Shown here piece after piece: positions 15,451 to 25,286 of a DNA stretch of 64,000 bases. Within the stretch, counting starts at the first letter, position 1, and every line of letters starts with the position of its first letter. The notes under the pieces were generated by a model. That model did not search any database. It was not told the origin of the DNA and was given only the letters and a program-made list of their open reading frames with translations. The DNA is taken from contig OZ241907.1 of the NCBI GenBank assembly GCA_965203515.1, positions 192,001 through 256,000 on the forward strand, in the 5' to 3' direction. The position numbers and the translations under genes were made by a program. The DNA comes from Spirochaetia bacterium. GTDB taxonomy: Bacteria; Spirochaetota; Spirochaetia; SZUA-6; Bin103.

Positions 15451-16563
15451 CTACGGGAGCGCGTAGATCACCGCCCGCAGACCGGCCGGCGATTCCGGAC
15501 GCTCGCCGGAACGCCGCTCGACGATGACCAGCAGCTCGTCGAGATGGGCCGCCGAGAAGCCGTGCGGGCCGGCCGCGTCGATCAGTACCGACTTGCGGTA
15601 GCCGCCCGGCTGGCTCCGCCGGTCGTCAGGATGGATCAATGCGATCCGATGGCGCCCTGCGCCACCCTCGGCGGAGGCGGCAACGTGCTCGTCGATGACG
15701 AAGCTGAATCCGTCCCGGTGCGGCAGGAAATAGACCGACGTGGTGCCGATCGCCAGCGTAACGGCCGTCGTCGGCCCCGGTCCCTCGTCGGTGAGCGGCG
15801 CGAACAGCACCTCGCTCGTGGACGGTACGTGCCACAGGACGTGGGGAGTGCCGCCGGCGCACGCGGCGTAGTGGGCGCCGACGCCGTGCAGCAACGGCTG
15901 CGCCGCTCCGTCGTCGCCGTACCGGACCAGGGTGTCGTCGGCCGACAGCGCGACGAAGGATGCGGGGCCGGCGCACGCGAGCGGCCAGACGACGCGCGGG
16001 TGATCGCCCATCCCCGCGAGCCGATGCCGGCCCGAGCCGGAGACCGCGGCGATCTCGGCGACGGCCGCGCCGTCCGGGGTCGCCGTGACCAGCAGCGGAT
16101 CGCCCGACTCCTGCGGCAGCAACGCGCGCGGGGTACCTTTGAACACCGGCGTGACGACCCACCATTCGCCGTCGCCCGCGTCGCGGTAGATCCACTTCGG
16201 TATCAGCGCGTCCGCCTGCTGTTGATCGAGGTAGACCACGTGCTGCCGGCCGTCGTGGACGGCGTAGGCGTGCACGCCGAACGCGGTGATGTCTACCGGA
16301 TAGATGCCTACCGCGTCGACGGTCTCCAGCGTGTGCCGATTGCGGCGCGGGTCGAGCCGCGCGAGTTGCAGCGTCAACGTGTCGAGATTGGCGAACAGCA
16401 CGTGCAGCTCGTCGTCGACCGGGGCCAGCGTCATCGGCGCCGCGACCTGATCTTCGCTCAGCACGGCGACGTGGCGCGGCGGCAGTCCGCCCGGCGGCCG
16501 CGGCCCGCAGGCCGTGATCAGCGCGAGCGCGGCCATCGCGAACGCGGCCAGGAGCGCCGGCAT
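15451..16563 (-). CDS. Hypothetical lipoprotein, beta-rich
   Basis: From ATG 16563: hydrophobic signal ending LITAC (lipobox); long ORF with typical codon use. Confidence 0.6.
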   Translation of the reverse strand: MPALLAAFAMAALALITACGPRPPGGLPPRHVAVLSEDQVAAPMTLAPVDDELHVLFANLDTLTLQLARLDPRRNRHTLETVDAVGIYPVDITAFGVHAYAVHDGRQHVVYLDQQQADALIPKWIYRDAGDGEWWVVTPVFKGTPRALLPQESGDPLLVTATPDGAAVAEIAAVSGSGRHRLAGMGDHPRVVWPLACAGPASFVALSADDTLVRYGDDGAAQPLLHGVGAHYAACAGGTPHVLWHVPSTSEVLFAPLTDEGPGPTTAVTLAIGTTSVYFLPHRDGFSFVIDEHVAASAEGGAGRHRIALIHPDDRRSQPGGYRKSVLIDAAGPHGFSAAHLDELLVIVERRSGERPESPAGLRAVIYALP

Positions 16564-16629
16564 CGCCCGACCGCGGGCCGCGGTCGGTGGGCGTAGCCGA
16601 ACGCCGCCGCGGTGCGGCACACTGCGGGT

Positions 16630-17040
16630 ATGCGTGTGGTGGTAGTCTTCTTCGCCGACCGCAACCGGCAGGGCCTGCTGGCGCTGGCTCGCGGGCTGGA
16701 GGCCGGTCTCAAGTCGCAGGGCCATCAGGTCGAGCTGATCGACGGCATCCGCGACGTCCACTCCAAGCTGACGGCCCACCAGTACGCCGTCATCGGGACC
16801 GAATCGCTGTCGATCACCGGCAAGATTCCGGCGCGAGTGGCGCCCTTCCTGTCTTCCGCAGGTCTGATACAGGGAAAGCGATGCTATGCGTTCGTGGCCA
16901 AGTCGTTCCTGGGCTCCAGCCGCGCCCTGCTGAAGCTGATGCGGGCGATGGAGCACGAGGGCATGTACCTGAAGAACTCCGGAGTGCTGAAGTCATCTGA
17001 GGAGGCTCGGGCGATCGGCGCTCACCTGCGCGTCGGCTGA
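16630..17040 (+). CDS. Flavodoxin-like fold hypothetical protein
   Basis: MRVVVVF...LARGLEAGLKSQGHQVELID beta-alpha pattern; C-terminal EEARAIG as in flavodoxin-like proteins. Confidence 0.6.
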   Translation: MRVVVVFFADRNRQGLLALARGLEAGLKSQGHQVELIDGIRDVHSKLTAHQYAVIGTESLSITGKIPARVAPFLSSAGLIQGKRCYAFVAKSFLGSSRALLKLMRAMEHEGMYLKNSGVLKSSEEARAIGAHLRVG

Positions 17041-17055
17041 CCGGACGCCCGGCAG

Positions 17056-17964
17056 CTATTCCTTCCAGGGAAAGATCATCCCGCGCAGCGTGCGCACGCC
17101 GACCTGCTCCCGGTCATCGGCCAGCAGCGCGTCCCACGGTATGCGCACCCGGCGCCGCCTGCGGCCGGTCCGCTCGGCGTCCTCCCGGCCGGCGCCCTCG
17201 CCACTGGAGTCCTCGCCACTGGAGTCCTCGTCGCCGGCCGCCTGCTGCAGCTCCTCCAGGTAGTCGTACTTGTACATGCGCAGCTTGAAGGCGACCGTCA
17301 GCAGCAGCACCGCGCTGGCCGGACCGGGCAGCAGCAGCATCGGCGATCCGAACGCCAGCAGGCGGGTCGGGACCGACAGGAACAGCAGCAGGAACAGGCC
17401 GAGCAGGTACGGGGCCGACACGTTCAGCGCGATGAACAGGCCGACCATGAATCCGGTGTTGTCGAACAACAGCGTGAAGCACTTGCGGATCGTCTTCCCG
17501 AACGGGTCGGCCATCCGCGTGATGAGCGGGAAGAACGCCTGCGATGCCAGGAGCCAGAACACGGCCGCCCAGCCCAGCAGGCCGAGCGCGACCAGGCCGA
17601 TCGTCGACTGGGTGTAGACCGGCACGGCGATCGTCAGCAGGAACAGGAAGACGGCCGCGTTGACCGCCACCAGCAGCACGGCCGGCAGCCAGCGGGCGCG
17701 GATGGCGTCGACGAACCGCTTCCACTCCGGTGTCTGGTAATCGGCGAGCGAGCTGGTGATCGCCGCCGTGCCCATGGTGAAGACCGAAAGCGCCGCGCAG
17801 CCGACGATCAGGACGGCGAAGTAGGCGAGCTGCGCCTGCGGCACCGCGCTGAGCAGGAAGCCGGTCCCGCTGATGATCAGCACGTACCCCAGGTTCAGGG
17901 CGAAGATGCGGAACAGGTTGTCCCACATGTCGAAGAACGCCTTCTTGAGCAGAAACGGAAACAT
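17056..17964 (-). CDS. Conserved multi-pass membrane protein (spirochaete-type hypothetical)
   Basis: About 6 TM segments; MFPFLLKKAFFDMWDN start and IPWDALL...RTLRGMIFPWKE end resemble a spirochaete family (recollection). Confidence 0.7.
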   Translation of the reverse strand: MFPFLLKKAFFDMWDNLFRIFALNLGYVLIISGTGFLLSAVPQAQLAYFAVLIVGCAALSVFTMGTAAITSSLADYQTPEWKRFVDAIRARWLPAVLLVAVNAAVFLFLLTIAVPVYTQSTIGLVALGLLGWAAVFWLLASQAFFPLITRMADPFGKTIRKCFTLLFDNTGFMVGLFIALNVSAPYLLGLFLLLFLSVPTRLLAFGSPMLLLPGPASAVLLLTVAFKLRMYKYDYLEELQQAAGDEDSSGEDSSGEGAGREDAERTGRRRRRVRIPWDALLADDREQVGVRTLRGMIFPWKE

Positions 17965-18050
17965 GCGCTCACCCAGTGTACCACCGTTCGCGGCAAGCTC
18001 AATTTGACCGATGGACGGAGCGCGGCCTATCCTGGCGCGGGACCGAGCGG

Positions 18051-18884
18051 GTGGAGGACTACTACCAGGTCCTGGGAGCCGACCCGAACGACTCGCAGGA
18101 GCGGATCAAGCGCTGCTTCCGGCTGCGCGCCAAGGAGTTGCATCCCGACTTGACGGTGCTCGACGTCGACCAGGCGGAGCCGCGCATGCGGCGGCTGCTC
18201 GATGCGTACCGCGTACTCGGCGATCCGCAGCGGCGCGGCGAATATGACCGACTGCACGTCCACGCGCTGCGCCGGCGCCGCTTCGACTACCGGTCGTTCC
18301 TCCGTTCCCGCGCCGATCCGGTGAGCTTGGCCAAGCTGGTGCTCTACGACCTGATGCGCTCGCGCGACCGGGAGGCGCTGGCCACCTTCGGTCAGCTCGA
18401 GGCGCACGTCGACTCCGATCTGGCGTCGCTGCTCGATTACGACGACTTCATGGACTGCGCCTATCTGCTGGCCGAGGCGCTGGAGCGCGACGGCGAGTAC
18501 GACAAGGCGTGCGAGTACTACCTGCGGGTCTACCATGCGGAGGCCGCGCGGCCCTACTTCCGCCACTTCATCGCCGAGGTGGTCGATCGGGTGCGCGACG
18601 TGGCGTGCTTCAAGATGGCGGGGACCGCAGCGCCCGTCGACTCGGTCCGCCGGATCGAGGAGTTGATCGATCTCGACCTGTCGGATCGGGAGTCGGCGTT
18701 CTTCTGCAAGCGCATCGCGGAGATCTACTCCGACGTGGGGAACCTGGATGCGGCGCGGCGCTACCTGCAGCGGGCGCTGCGCCTGGATGGGGGGCTTGCC
18801 GGGGTCAAGAAGCTCAAGGAGCGGGTGGGGCTCGACCCGGCGCCGGAATCGGTGATGCGCGGCGATCCGGTCATGCAGGCCTAG
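18051..18884 (+). CDS. J-domain (DnaJ-like) protein with C-terminal TPR-like helices
   Basis: DYYQVLG...AKELHPD...AYRVLGDPQRRGEYD; C-terminal AEIYSDVGNLDAARRYLQRALRL. Confidence 0.88.
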   Translation: MEDYYQVLGADPNDSQERIKRCFRLRAKELHPDLTVLDVDQAEPRMRRLLDAYRVLGDPQRRGEYDRLHVHALRRRRFDYRSFLRSRADPVSLAKLVLYDLMRSRDREALATFGQLEAHVDSDLASLLDYDDFMDCAYLLAEALERDGEYDKACEYYLRVYHAEAARPYFRHFIAEVVDRVRDVACFKMAGTAAPVDSVRRIEELIDLDLSDRESAFFCKRIAEIYSDVGNLDAARRYLQRALRLDGGLAGVKKLKERVGLDPAPESVMRGDPVMQA

Positions 18885-18912
18885 CGGACAGCCGACGTAG
18901 TATTCTGAGGGT

Positions 18913-20097
18913 ATGGTGCAACTCTTGAAGTGGGGAAGCGTCCGCGGGCCGCAGCCGGTGCGCGGGCCGCAGCCGGTGCGCAAGCCGCAGCCGGTGCTCG
19001 GGCGCCGGATCGCGGCCGCGGCCGGCGTCGCGCTGCTGGCCGCCGGGACGGCCTGGTCGCAATCGATCGCCAAACCGGTCGCGACGGTGCGTCTGCACAA
19101 GCCGCAGATCATCTCGTCGCCTCAGTTCGCGGCGTTTGCCGGCGTGGTGGCGCGCCTGGGCGGCAGCGACACGGTGGCGCCGGAGGAGTGCCGGGCGGTG
19201 CTCGACACGCTCATCGACCAGTACCTCGTCGAGCAGGAAGCCGTCGAGCGGCGCCTGGTCCCCACGGAAGCCGAGATCGACGCGCAGATGGTCGCCCAGC
19301 GCCGGCAGGCCGAACAGCAACTCCAACAGCAACAAGGCGTGGAGCGGCAGTTGACCGACGGCGAATGGCAGGCGCTGATCATGCAGGACACCCGTTTGAC
19401 GCTGGAGGAGTACCGGGAGCGGTTCACCGCCGGGATCCTCACGCAACGCCTGGTGGCGCAGATGCGGGCGGACTGGATGCAGGATATACCGGCACTTGCG
19501 GAGGAGGACCTGCAGGACTTCTACAACAAGAACATACAGCAGTTCGTGCAGCCGGAGATGGCGCTGGTCCTCCACATCCACTTCAACACACTCGGCCTCG
19601 ACGAGGACGGCGTGAGGCAGGCCCGAGAACGCGGGGAAGCCGCGCTCGATGAGCTGCGGGGCGGGGCGTCGTTCAACGACCTGGTGCTCAAGTACTCGGA
19701 CGACTCCGCCTCCCGCTACCGCGGCGGCGAGCTCGGCAACCGCTATCTGCGCCGGGACGATCCCGCCGTACTGGCGACCCTCGGCACGCCGTTCCTGGAG
19801 GCGCTCTTCTCCATCCGGGTCGACGACGTCAGCGAGCTGGTGGAATCCCCCGTCGGGTTCCATATCCTGAAGATGGCCGACCGCCTCGACGCCCGCCTGC
19901 TGACTCTGGACGATCCGGTGACCCCCCGCTCGCCGCAGACCGTGCGCGGGCAGATCACCGCCTTGATCGCGAACGATCGTCAGGCGCGCGCCTTTCAGCA
20001 GGCCGTGCAGGAGCTGGTCGGCAGCCTTCGTGACCGGGCGGAGATCGAGATCTTCGAAGCCAACGTCAAGGACACCTGCCCGGCCGAGCGGTCCTGA
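18913..20097 (+). CDS. SurA/PrsA-like parvulin peptidyl-prolyl isomerase
   Basis: Signal peptide, SurA_N-like helical domain, HIHF...FNDLVLKYSDD...GGELG...SELVESPVGFHILK. Confidence 0.85.
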   Translation: MVQLLKWGSVRGPQPVRGPQPVRKPQPVLGRRIAAAAGVALLAAGTAWSQSIAKPVATVRLHKPQIISSPQFAAFAGVVARLGGSDTVAPEECRAVLDTLIDQYLVEQEAVERRLVPTEAEIDAQMVAQRRQAEQQLQQQQGVERQLTDGEWQALIMQDTRLTLEEYRERFTAGILTQRLVAQMRADWMQDIPALAEEDLQDFYNKNIQQFVQPEMALVLHIHFNTLGLDEDGVRQARERGEAALDELRGGASFNDLVLKYSDDSASRYRGGELGNRYLRRDDPAVLATLGTPFLEALFSIRVDDVSELVESPVGFHILKMADRLDARLLTLDDPVTPRSPQTVRGQITALIANDRQARAFQQAVQELVGSLRDRAEIEIFEANVKDTCPAERS

Positions 20098-20108
20098 GAA
20101 CGACCGCC

Positions 20109-20573
20109 ATGGACGACCAGCGCAGGAGCGCCGCACGCGGCGCCGGCCGAATCGACGCGACCTCCGGCCGCGACGGCCGCGTGCTGGCCATGCAGTCGCT
20201 GTACCGGTATGACCTGTGCGGGGGCTCGATCGCGGAGATGGTCGACCTGTCGTGGATGGACGCCGCTCACCGCGACGCGCTGAGCGACGAAGCGCACGCA
20301 TTCGCGCGGCTCCTGGTGGCCGGCAGCCTCGAGAACCTGCCGGCGGTCGACGGCTGCATCGACCGGCAGTTGGAGCACTGGGACCTGCAGCGGCTGTCGC
20401 GCGTCGATCTGGCGATCCTGCGGATGAGCGTCTATTGCCTGATGCACCAACGGGACGTGCCGGCGTCGGTCATCATCAACGAGGCGGTGGAGATCGCCAA
20501 ACGGTACGGCACCGACGACTCCTACCGGTTCGTCAACGGCGTGCTCGACGGCGTACGCAAGCGGGTCGCGTGA
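20109..20573 (+). CDS. nusB: Transcription antitermination factor NusB
   Basis: RVLAMQSLY, WDLQRLSRVDLAILR, VIINEAVEIAKRYG, FVNGVLD. Confidence 0.96.
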   Translation: MDDQRRSAARGAGRIDATSGRDGRVLAMQSLYRYDLCGGSIAEMVDLSWMDAAHRDALSDEAHAFARLLVAGSLENLPAVDGCIDRQLEHWDLQRLSRVDLAILRMSVYCLMHQRDVPASVIINEAVEIAKRYGTDDSYRFVNGVLDGVRKRVA

Positions 20574-20577
20574 GCGC

Positions 20578-21456
20578 GTGCGGGGCGGCGCGGTGACCGC
20601 GCGAGGGCGCCGCCGCCGTTCGACGTCGACTTCCCGCAGGGGGGTGCGGCTGCCGGGCCGCGCGCGCCGCGCTCACGACGGGCAGCCGGGCGCCGGCGCG
20701 CCGGCGATCACCCGTCTGAAGAGCGACGCGGAGATCGGCGGCATTCGCGAATCGGCGCGCATCCTGTCGGAGACGCTGCGGCTGGTCGCCGACAGCGTGG
20801 AGCCCGGCATCACCACCGGCGAGCTCGACCGGGTCGCGCGGCTGCATATCGAAGCGCGCGGCGCTCGTCCCGCCTTCCTGGGCTATCTCGATTATCCGGC
20901 CACGCTGTGCATATCGATCAACGAGGAGGTGATCCACGGCATCCCCGGCCGACGCCGGCTGGCCGATGGGGATATCGTCGGGATCGACTGCGGGGTCGAC
21001 CGCGGTGGATGCTTCAGCGACGCCGCGCTGACGATGCCGGTGGGGCGCGTTGCGCCCAGGATCGCGTCGCTGCTGCAGGTGACCCGCGAGTGCCTGGCGT
21101 TGGCCGTGGCCGCGGCGGTGCCGGGCAACCGCCTGCGCGACGTGGCCAACGCGGTGTACCGCTACGCAAGCACCAAGGGGTACGGCGTCGTGCGCCAGTT
21201 CTGCGGCCACGGCGTGGGGTTCTCCCCCCACGAGGACCCGCAGGTCCCCAACTACCCGTCGCCCGGGAGCAATCCTCGTATCAGGCCCGGTATGGTGCTG
21301 GCGATCGAACCGATGATCACCGAAGGCACGTGGGAGGTGGAGGTGCTCGATGACGGCTGGACCGTCGTCACCGCCGACCGCAAGCGCGCCGCGCACTTCG
21401 AGCACACGGTGGCGATCCTGAGCGATCGCGCCGAAGTGCTGACGACGCATCTGTGA
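20578..21456 (+). CDS. map: Type I methionine aminopeptidase (start uncertain)
   Basis: CISINEEVIHGIP, GIDCG, SDAALT, CGHGVG, HEDPQV, AIEPM, AHFEHTV. Confidence 0.96.
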   Translation: MRGGAVTARGRRRRSTSTSRRGVRLPGRARRAHDGQPGAGAPAITRLKSDAEIGGIRESARILSETLRLVADSVEPGITTGELDRVARLHIEARGARPAFLGYLDYPATLCISINEEVIHGIPGRRRLADGDIVGIDCGVDRGGCFSDAALTMPVGRVAPRIASLLQVTRECLALAVAAAVPGNRLRDVANAVYRYASTKGYGVVRQFCGHGVGFSPHEDPQVPNYPSPGSNPRIRPGMVLAIEPMITEGTWEVEVLDDGWTVVTADRKRAAHFEHTVAILSDRAEVLTTHL

Positions 21457-22865
21457 ACGCCCTCCTCCGCCCGCTCCGGGCGGCGTTGCCGTTCGCGGCG
21501 TTCCTGATGGCGGCGTTCCTGTTCGCGGCGTTCCTGCTGGCGGCGTCTGCCGGCCTCTCGGCGCAGGAACGGGTCCCGGCTGCGGCGCCGGCGGACGGGA
21601 GCATCGCCGCGCCCGTGCTGGTCGACCTGCAGCGGGCGCTCCGCCGGCTGGCCGAAACCGTGCTCCCGGTAGTGGTCACGGTCGATACGGCGACCAGCGC
21701 CGACGACGAGGCGTCCGGGCGGCTGGAACGGGACCTGCGGGCGCAGCCGATTCCCGGCGTCGGGTCGGGGGTGCTGGTGAGACGCGACGCGGACCGGTAC
21801 TTCGTGCTGACCAACCTGCACGTGGTGAAGGACAGGGAGCGGATCACGGTAAGGTTCAGGGACGGCCGCAGTCTGCCGGCCGAGGTCGTGGGAGCCGACG
21901 CCCGCATCGACCTGGCGATGCTGGCCGTGCGGACGCCCGGCGACCTGCCGCTCGCCCGGCTGGGCGACTCCGGCGACGTGCGGCCCGGCGATCCGGTGCT
22001 GGCGGTCGGCAGTCCGTTCGGCCTCGACGCCACGTTCACGTTCGGCATCGTCAGCGCCGTCGGCCGCTCCGGTCTCCAGGTCCGCAACATCAGCGACTTC
22101 ATACAGACCGACGCCAGCATGAACCCCGGCAACTCCGGCGGCCCCCTGGTCGATATCTCCGGCCGGGTGGTGGGCATCAACACCTGGATCCAGGCGCAGC
22201 AGGACCGATCGGTTGGCGTCGGATTCGCGCTGCCGATCGACAACGTCAAGCCGGTGATCGACCAGCTCATCGAGGAGGGAAGCGTCCGCTACGCGTGGTT
22301 GGGGGTATCGGTGATCGGGCCGCCGATCGTCGACTATCTGGCGCCGGGCCGGCAGGGAGCCGTCCTGTACGGCGTGATCGCCGGGCAGCCGGCCGATCGC
22401 GCCGGCCTGCAGGCCGGCGACGTCGTGGTTGCCGTCGCCGGCCGGAACGTGCGGGACAGCGACGAGCTGATCCGGGCGATCGGCGCCCTGCAGCCGAACG
22501 CGCCTGCCGAGCTGCGGCTGGTGCGGGACGGTCGGGAGCGGACGGTCCCGGTGACCCCCGCGGTGCTGCGCGACGACCTGGATCAGGCCGCGGCATGGCC
22601 CGAGCTGCGCGTGCAGGCGCTTGATGAGTTGACCGAACGGGCGCGGGCGGCGCGGCCAGCCGCCGGCGTGTACGTGACGAACGCGGCGGAAGATTCCGGC
22701 CTGCAGCCGGGCGACACCATCGTCGGCATCGACGGAGGTCCGGTCGCCGATCTGCGGGACTTCTATCGGCTGATCAACGCCAAGCCGGAGGGTGTCTTCG
22801 TCGTGCAGGCCGTGCGCACCGAAGACGAGGGCGCCGTGGAGGTCACCGTGCGCCTGCAACGCTGA
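21453..22865 (+). CDS. htrA: HtrA/DegP family serine protease with two PDZ domains
   Basis: Triad TNLHVV / IDLA / GNSGGPL; IQTDASMN; two PDZ-like segments. Confidence 0.92.
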   Translation: MNALLRPLRAALPFAAFLMAAFLFAAFLLAASAGLSAQERVPAAAPADGSIAAPVLVDLQRALRRLAETVLPVVVTVDTATSADDEASGRLERDLRAQPIPGVGSGVLVRRDADRYFVLTNLHVVKDRERITVRFRDGRSLPAEVVGADARIDLAMLAVRTPGDLPLARLGDSGDVRPGDPVLAVGSPFGLDATFTFGIVSAVGRSGLQVRNISDFIQTDASMNPGNSGGPLVDISGRVVGINTWIQAQQDRSVGVGFALPIDNVKPVIDQLIEEGSVRYAWLGVSVIGPPIVDYLAPGRQGAVLYGVIAGQPADRAGLQAGDVVVAVAGRNVRDSDELIRAIGALQPNAPAELRLVRDGRERTVPVTPAVLRDDLDQAAAWPELRVQALDELTERARAARPAAGVYVTNAAEDSGLQPGDTIVGIDGGPVADLRDFYRLINAKPEGVFVVQAVRTEDEGAVEVTVRLQR

Positions 22866-22890
22866 GGCGAAGGCGGTCGTCTGCGGTCCG

Positions 22891-24093
22891 CTACTCCAAC
22901 TGCCAGCGGTCCGGCAGCGCGCCGGGCGTTACGGTCGCCGTCCACAGGCCGTGCCCGATGGTGAGCGCGAATACTCGCCGGCTGCTGCCCGCGATGACGG
23001 GATCGATCAGGAAGCTCCGGATGGAGGACTTGTAGATCGCTTCGGTGGTAAGCGGCAGCCGTTCCACCGTCAGGTCAGGGTCGAACCGGGCGGTGTAGTA
23101 GCCAAAGCCGTCCGTGCCGATCAGTATGGTGGCGCCTGCCGCGGCCATGCCCGCCAGCGGCACCGCCTGGTCTTCGGCCGTGATCTTGTCGTCCGGCGAT
23201 GACCACGTGCGGCCCGCGTCGGTCGAGTGCCACAGCGTGCCGGCGCTGCCCGATACGATCAGCCGGTTCGGGGCTGCGTGGAGCACCCCGCGGAAGGTTT
23301 CGGAGCCGGAAGGTTTCGGAGGGGTGCCCGATTTCGTCAAGCCGCCAAGCATGCCGGCATAGAGATCGCTGCCGGCGACCGCCCAGTAGGCGCCGTTGCC
23401 GTCGGCGGCGACTGCGGCGATCGGGCGGGTCAGCTCCAGCTCCTCCATCTCGACGGTAAAGTCGGGAGCGCCGCCGGCGGCTCGACGGAGAGCGCTGAGC
23501 AACCTGTAGGAGCGGTCCGCTTCCCGACCGTCGGCGACCACGACGAACAGCACCGATTCGTCCGCATCGGGGGTGAACAGGCCGACCACCTCACGGTCGC
23601 GCGCCAACCGATGGTCTACCGTGCTCCAGGCGATCGAGCCCGCCTCGACCTCGCTGGCCCGGAGCAGCGCAAAGGAAAGGTCGTCCTTGACGAACACCGC
23701 GCCCGCCAGCAACGACGGGTCGCCGCCGGATGGCCGCCACCGGACCAACGGCAGCAGCACGGCCTCTTTGCGGTCTCCGTCATACGTCGACGTCATCTGC
23801 GTCCAGGAGCCCGGGTCGTCAGCGGTGCCGACCGGCCGTGCCCACGTCTTGCCGGCGGCGACCACGTAGCGGTCGGCCCAGCGCACGACTCCGCCGATCG
23901 CCAGGTCATTCGGCAGGTTGCGGTCGACCGGCGGGTCCTGTTGCGCCACGTGGTGGAAGATGCCGGTGACCGGCTCCTCGCAACCCGCCAGCATGAACGC
24001 CGTCGCGAACGCCAGCGCGGCGGCCGCGATCGGCGGCGCGAGGCGGATGCCCCGCCGGTGCGTGTCGGTCGTTCGATGCCGCTTCCCTGTCAT
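22891..24093 (-). CDS. Lipoprotein, probable beta-propeller with Asp-box
   Basis: Lipobox MLAGC; Asp-box WHSTDAGRTWS; start ATG 24093 just after upstream gene stop. Confidence 0.65.
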   Translation of the reverse strand: MTGKRHRTTDTHRRGIRLAPPIAAAALAFATAFMLAGCEEPVTGIFHHVAQQDPPVDRNLPNDLAIGGVVRWADRYVVAAGKTWARPVGTADDPGSWTQMTSTYDGDRKEAVLLPLVRWRPSGGDPSLLAGAVFVKDDLSFALLRASEVEAGSIAWSTVDHRLARDREVVGLFTPDADESVLFVVVADGREADRSYRLLSALRRAAGGAPDFTVEMEELELTRPIAAVAADGNGAYWAVAGSDLYAGMLGGLTKSGTPPKPSGSETFRGVLHAAPNRLIVSGSAGTLWHSTDAGRTWSSPDDKITAEDQAVPLAGMAAAGATILIGTDGFGYYTARFDPDLTVERLPLTTEAIYKSSIRSFLIDPVIAGSSRRVFALTIGHGLWTATVTPGALPDRWQLE

Positions 24094-24098
24094 CTGCG

Positions 24099-24722
24099 TC
24101 AGAAGTGGTAGACGATCTGTGGCGAGATATCGATGAAGGTCGTCAGACCCGCGCCCGATCCCGATCGCGGCGTACCCCAGATCGGTTCGAACATCAACCA
24201 TGCGCTGACCGATCCGCCGAACGACCAGTTCCGGTCGTACCGGTAGTAGATCGATGCGCCGGGCCGCAGGGTCACGTTCACGTTGAACAGGTCGGCAAGC
24301 TTCATGAAGCCGATGCCGGCGTTGACGAAGATCGGCAGGTCGAACCGGCCCAGGCCGAACAGGTCGGCGGTGAACAGATAGCTGAGCCGGGCCGTCACGG
24401 GAACCATCAGCAACGGCTCGCCGTGCCGGTCGATCGCGAACATGCCGCCCACCTCGGCGCCGATCGTCAGCCGAGGGTTGAGAAAGGCGTCCCACCGCAG
24501 GGACAGCTTGCCCCCCGGCGACAGATTCGTACCGGTGAGGTTGCGGCCGTCGACCGGAGCGGCCGGCAGGTAGGTGAACACCGGCAGCATCAGGCTGGCG
24601 CCCAGCGCCAGCATCTGATCACCCTGGACGAAGGTATCGGATGCCGGCTGTGACGCCTGCTGCGGCACGGCGTGGCCGATGGCGATCAGGCTGGCGAACG
24701 TCGCGATGAAGAACCGTTTCAA
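24099..24722 (-). CDS. TP0733-like small outer-membrane beta-barrel protein
   Basis: TTG 24722 gives signal MKRFFIATFASLIAIGHA; GDQ motif; about 8 amphipathic strands; C-terminal YHF BAM signal. Confidence 0.7.
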   Translation of the reverse strand: MKRFFIATFASLIAIGHAVPQQASQPASDTFVQGDQMLALGASLMLPVFTYLPAAPVDGRNLTGTNLSPGGKLSLRWDAFLNPRLTIGAEVGGMFAIDRHGEPLLMVPVTARLSYLFTADLFGLGRFDLPIFVNAGIGFMKLADLFNVNVTLRPGASIYYRYDRNWSFGGSVSAWLMFEPIWGTPRSGSGAGLTTFIDISPQIVYHF

Positions 24723-24771
24723 GGCTGCGGCGCAGTATAGCGCGGCATGGCTGCGGTATCCAGTCCGCAAA

Positions 24772-24795
24772 CCGGCCGGCCGGCCGGCCGGCCGG
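24772..24795. repeat. (CCGG)6 self-complementary microsatellite in a divergent promoter region
   Basis: ccggccggccggccggccggccgg read directly. Confidence 0.9.
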
Positions 24796-24871
24796 GATCG
24801 GCCTGCCGCGCATCGCCGTCGTAGCCCCGCCGGCCTGCCCTTGGTATATTGCCGGGTATGAGGGTACGCGC

Positions 24872-25207
24872 ATGAATGACATCGTCCCGCGGGAGAACCT
24901 GTCGAAACAGGGAGTGGCCGGCTTCACGGCGGTCGCCGGCGGCGTCGGGCTGCTGGTGATGGCGGCGTCGGGAGTGCTCGGTTTCGTCATCGGCGGTGTG
25001 CTCACGGTCGCGGGCCTGGCGGTCGGTCTGCGCAGGGAGGATCGCCGACCGGGGCTGGTGATCGCCGGCGCCGGCGTGCTCGGCATCCTGTCCGCGGCGA
25101 TCGGCGGCTTCCCGGGCGTCATCCTGGGACTGGCCGGCGCCGGCCTGATCGCCTATGGCGGGCTGTCGATCTACCGGTTCATTCGCGGCCTGAAGACCCG
25201 GATGTAG
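24872..25207 (+). CDS. Small Gly-rich membrane protein
   Basis: 111 aa, about 4 hydrophobic segments, basic C-terminus. Confidence 0.75.
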   Translation: MNDIVPRENLSKQGVAGFTAVAGGVGLLVMAASGVLGFVIGGVLTVAGLAVGLRREDRRPGLVIAGAGVLGILSAAIGGFPGVILGLAGAGLIAYGGLSIYRFIRGLKTRM

Positions 25208-25286
25208 GGTTGCTTCCCCGCCGCCGAAATTAGAGGGGAGGGGGCCTCGCGCGACACCATCCCTGATGCCTCCTCGGGAGGCAAGG

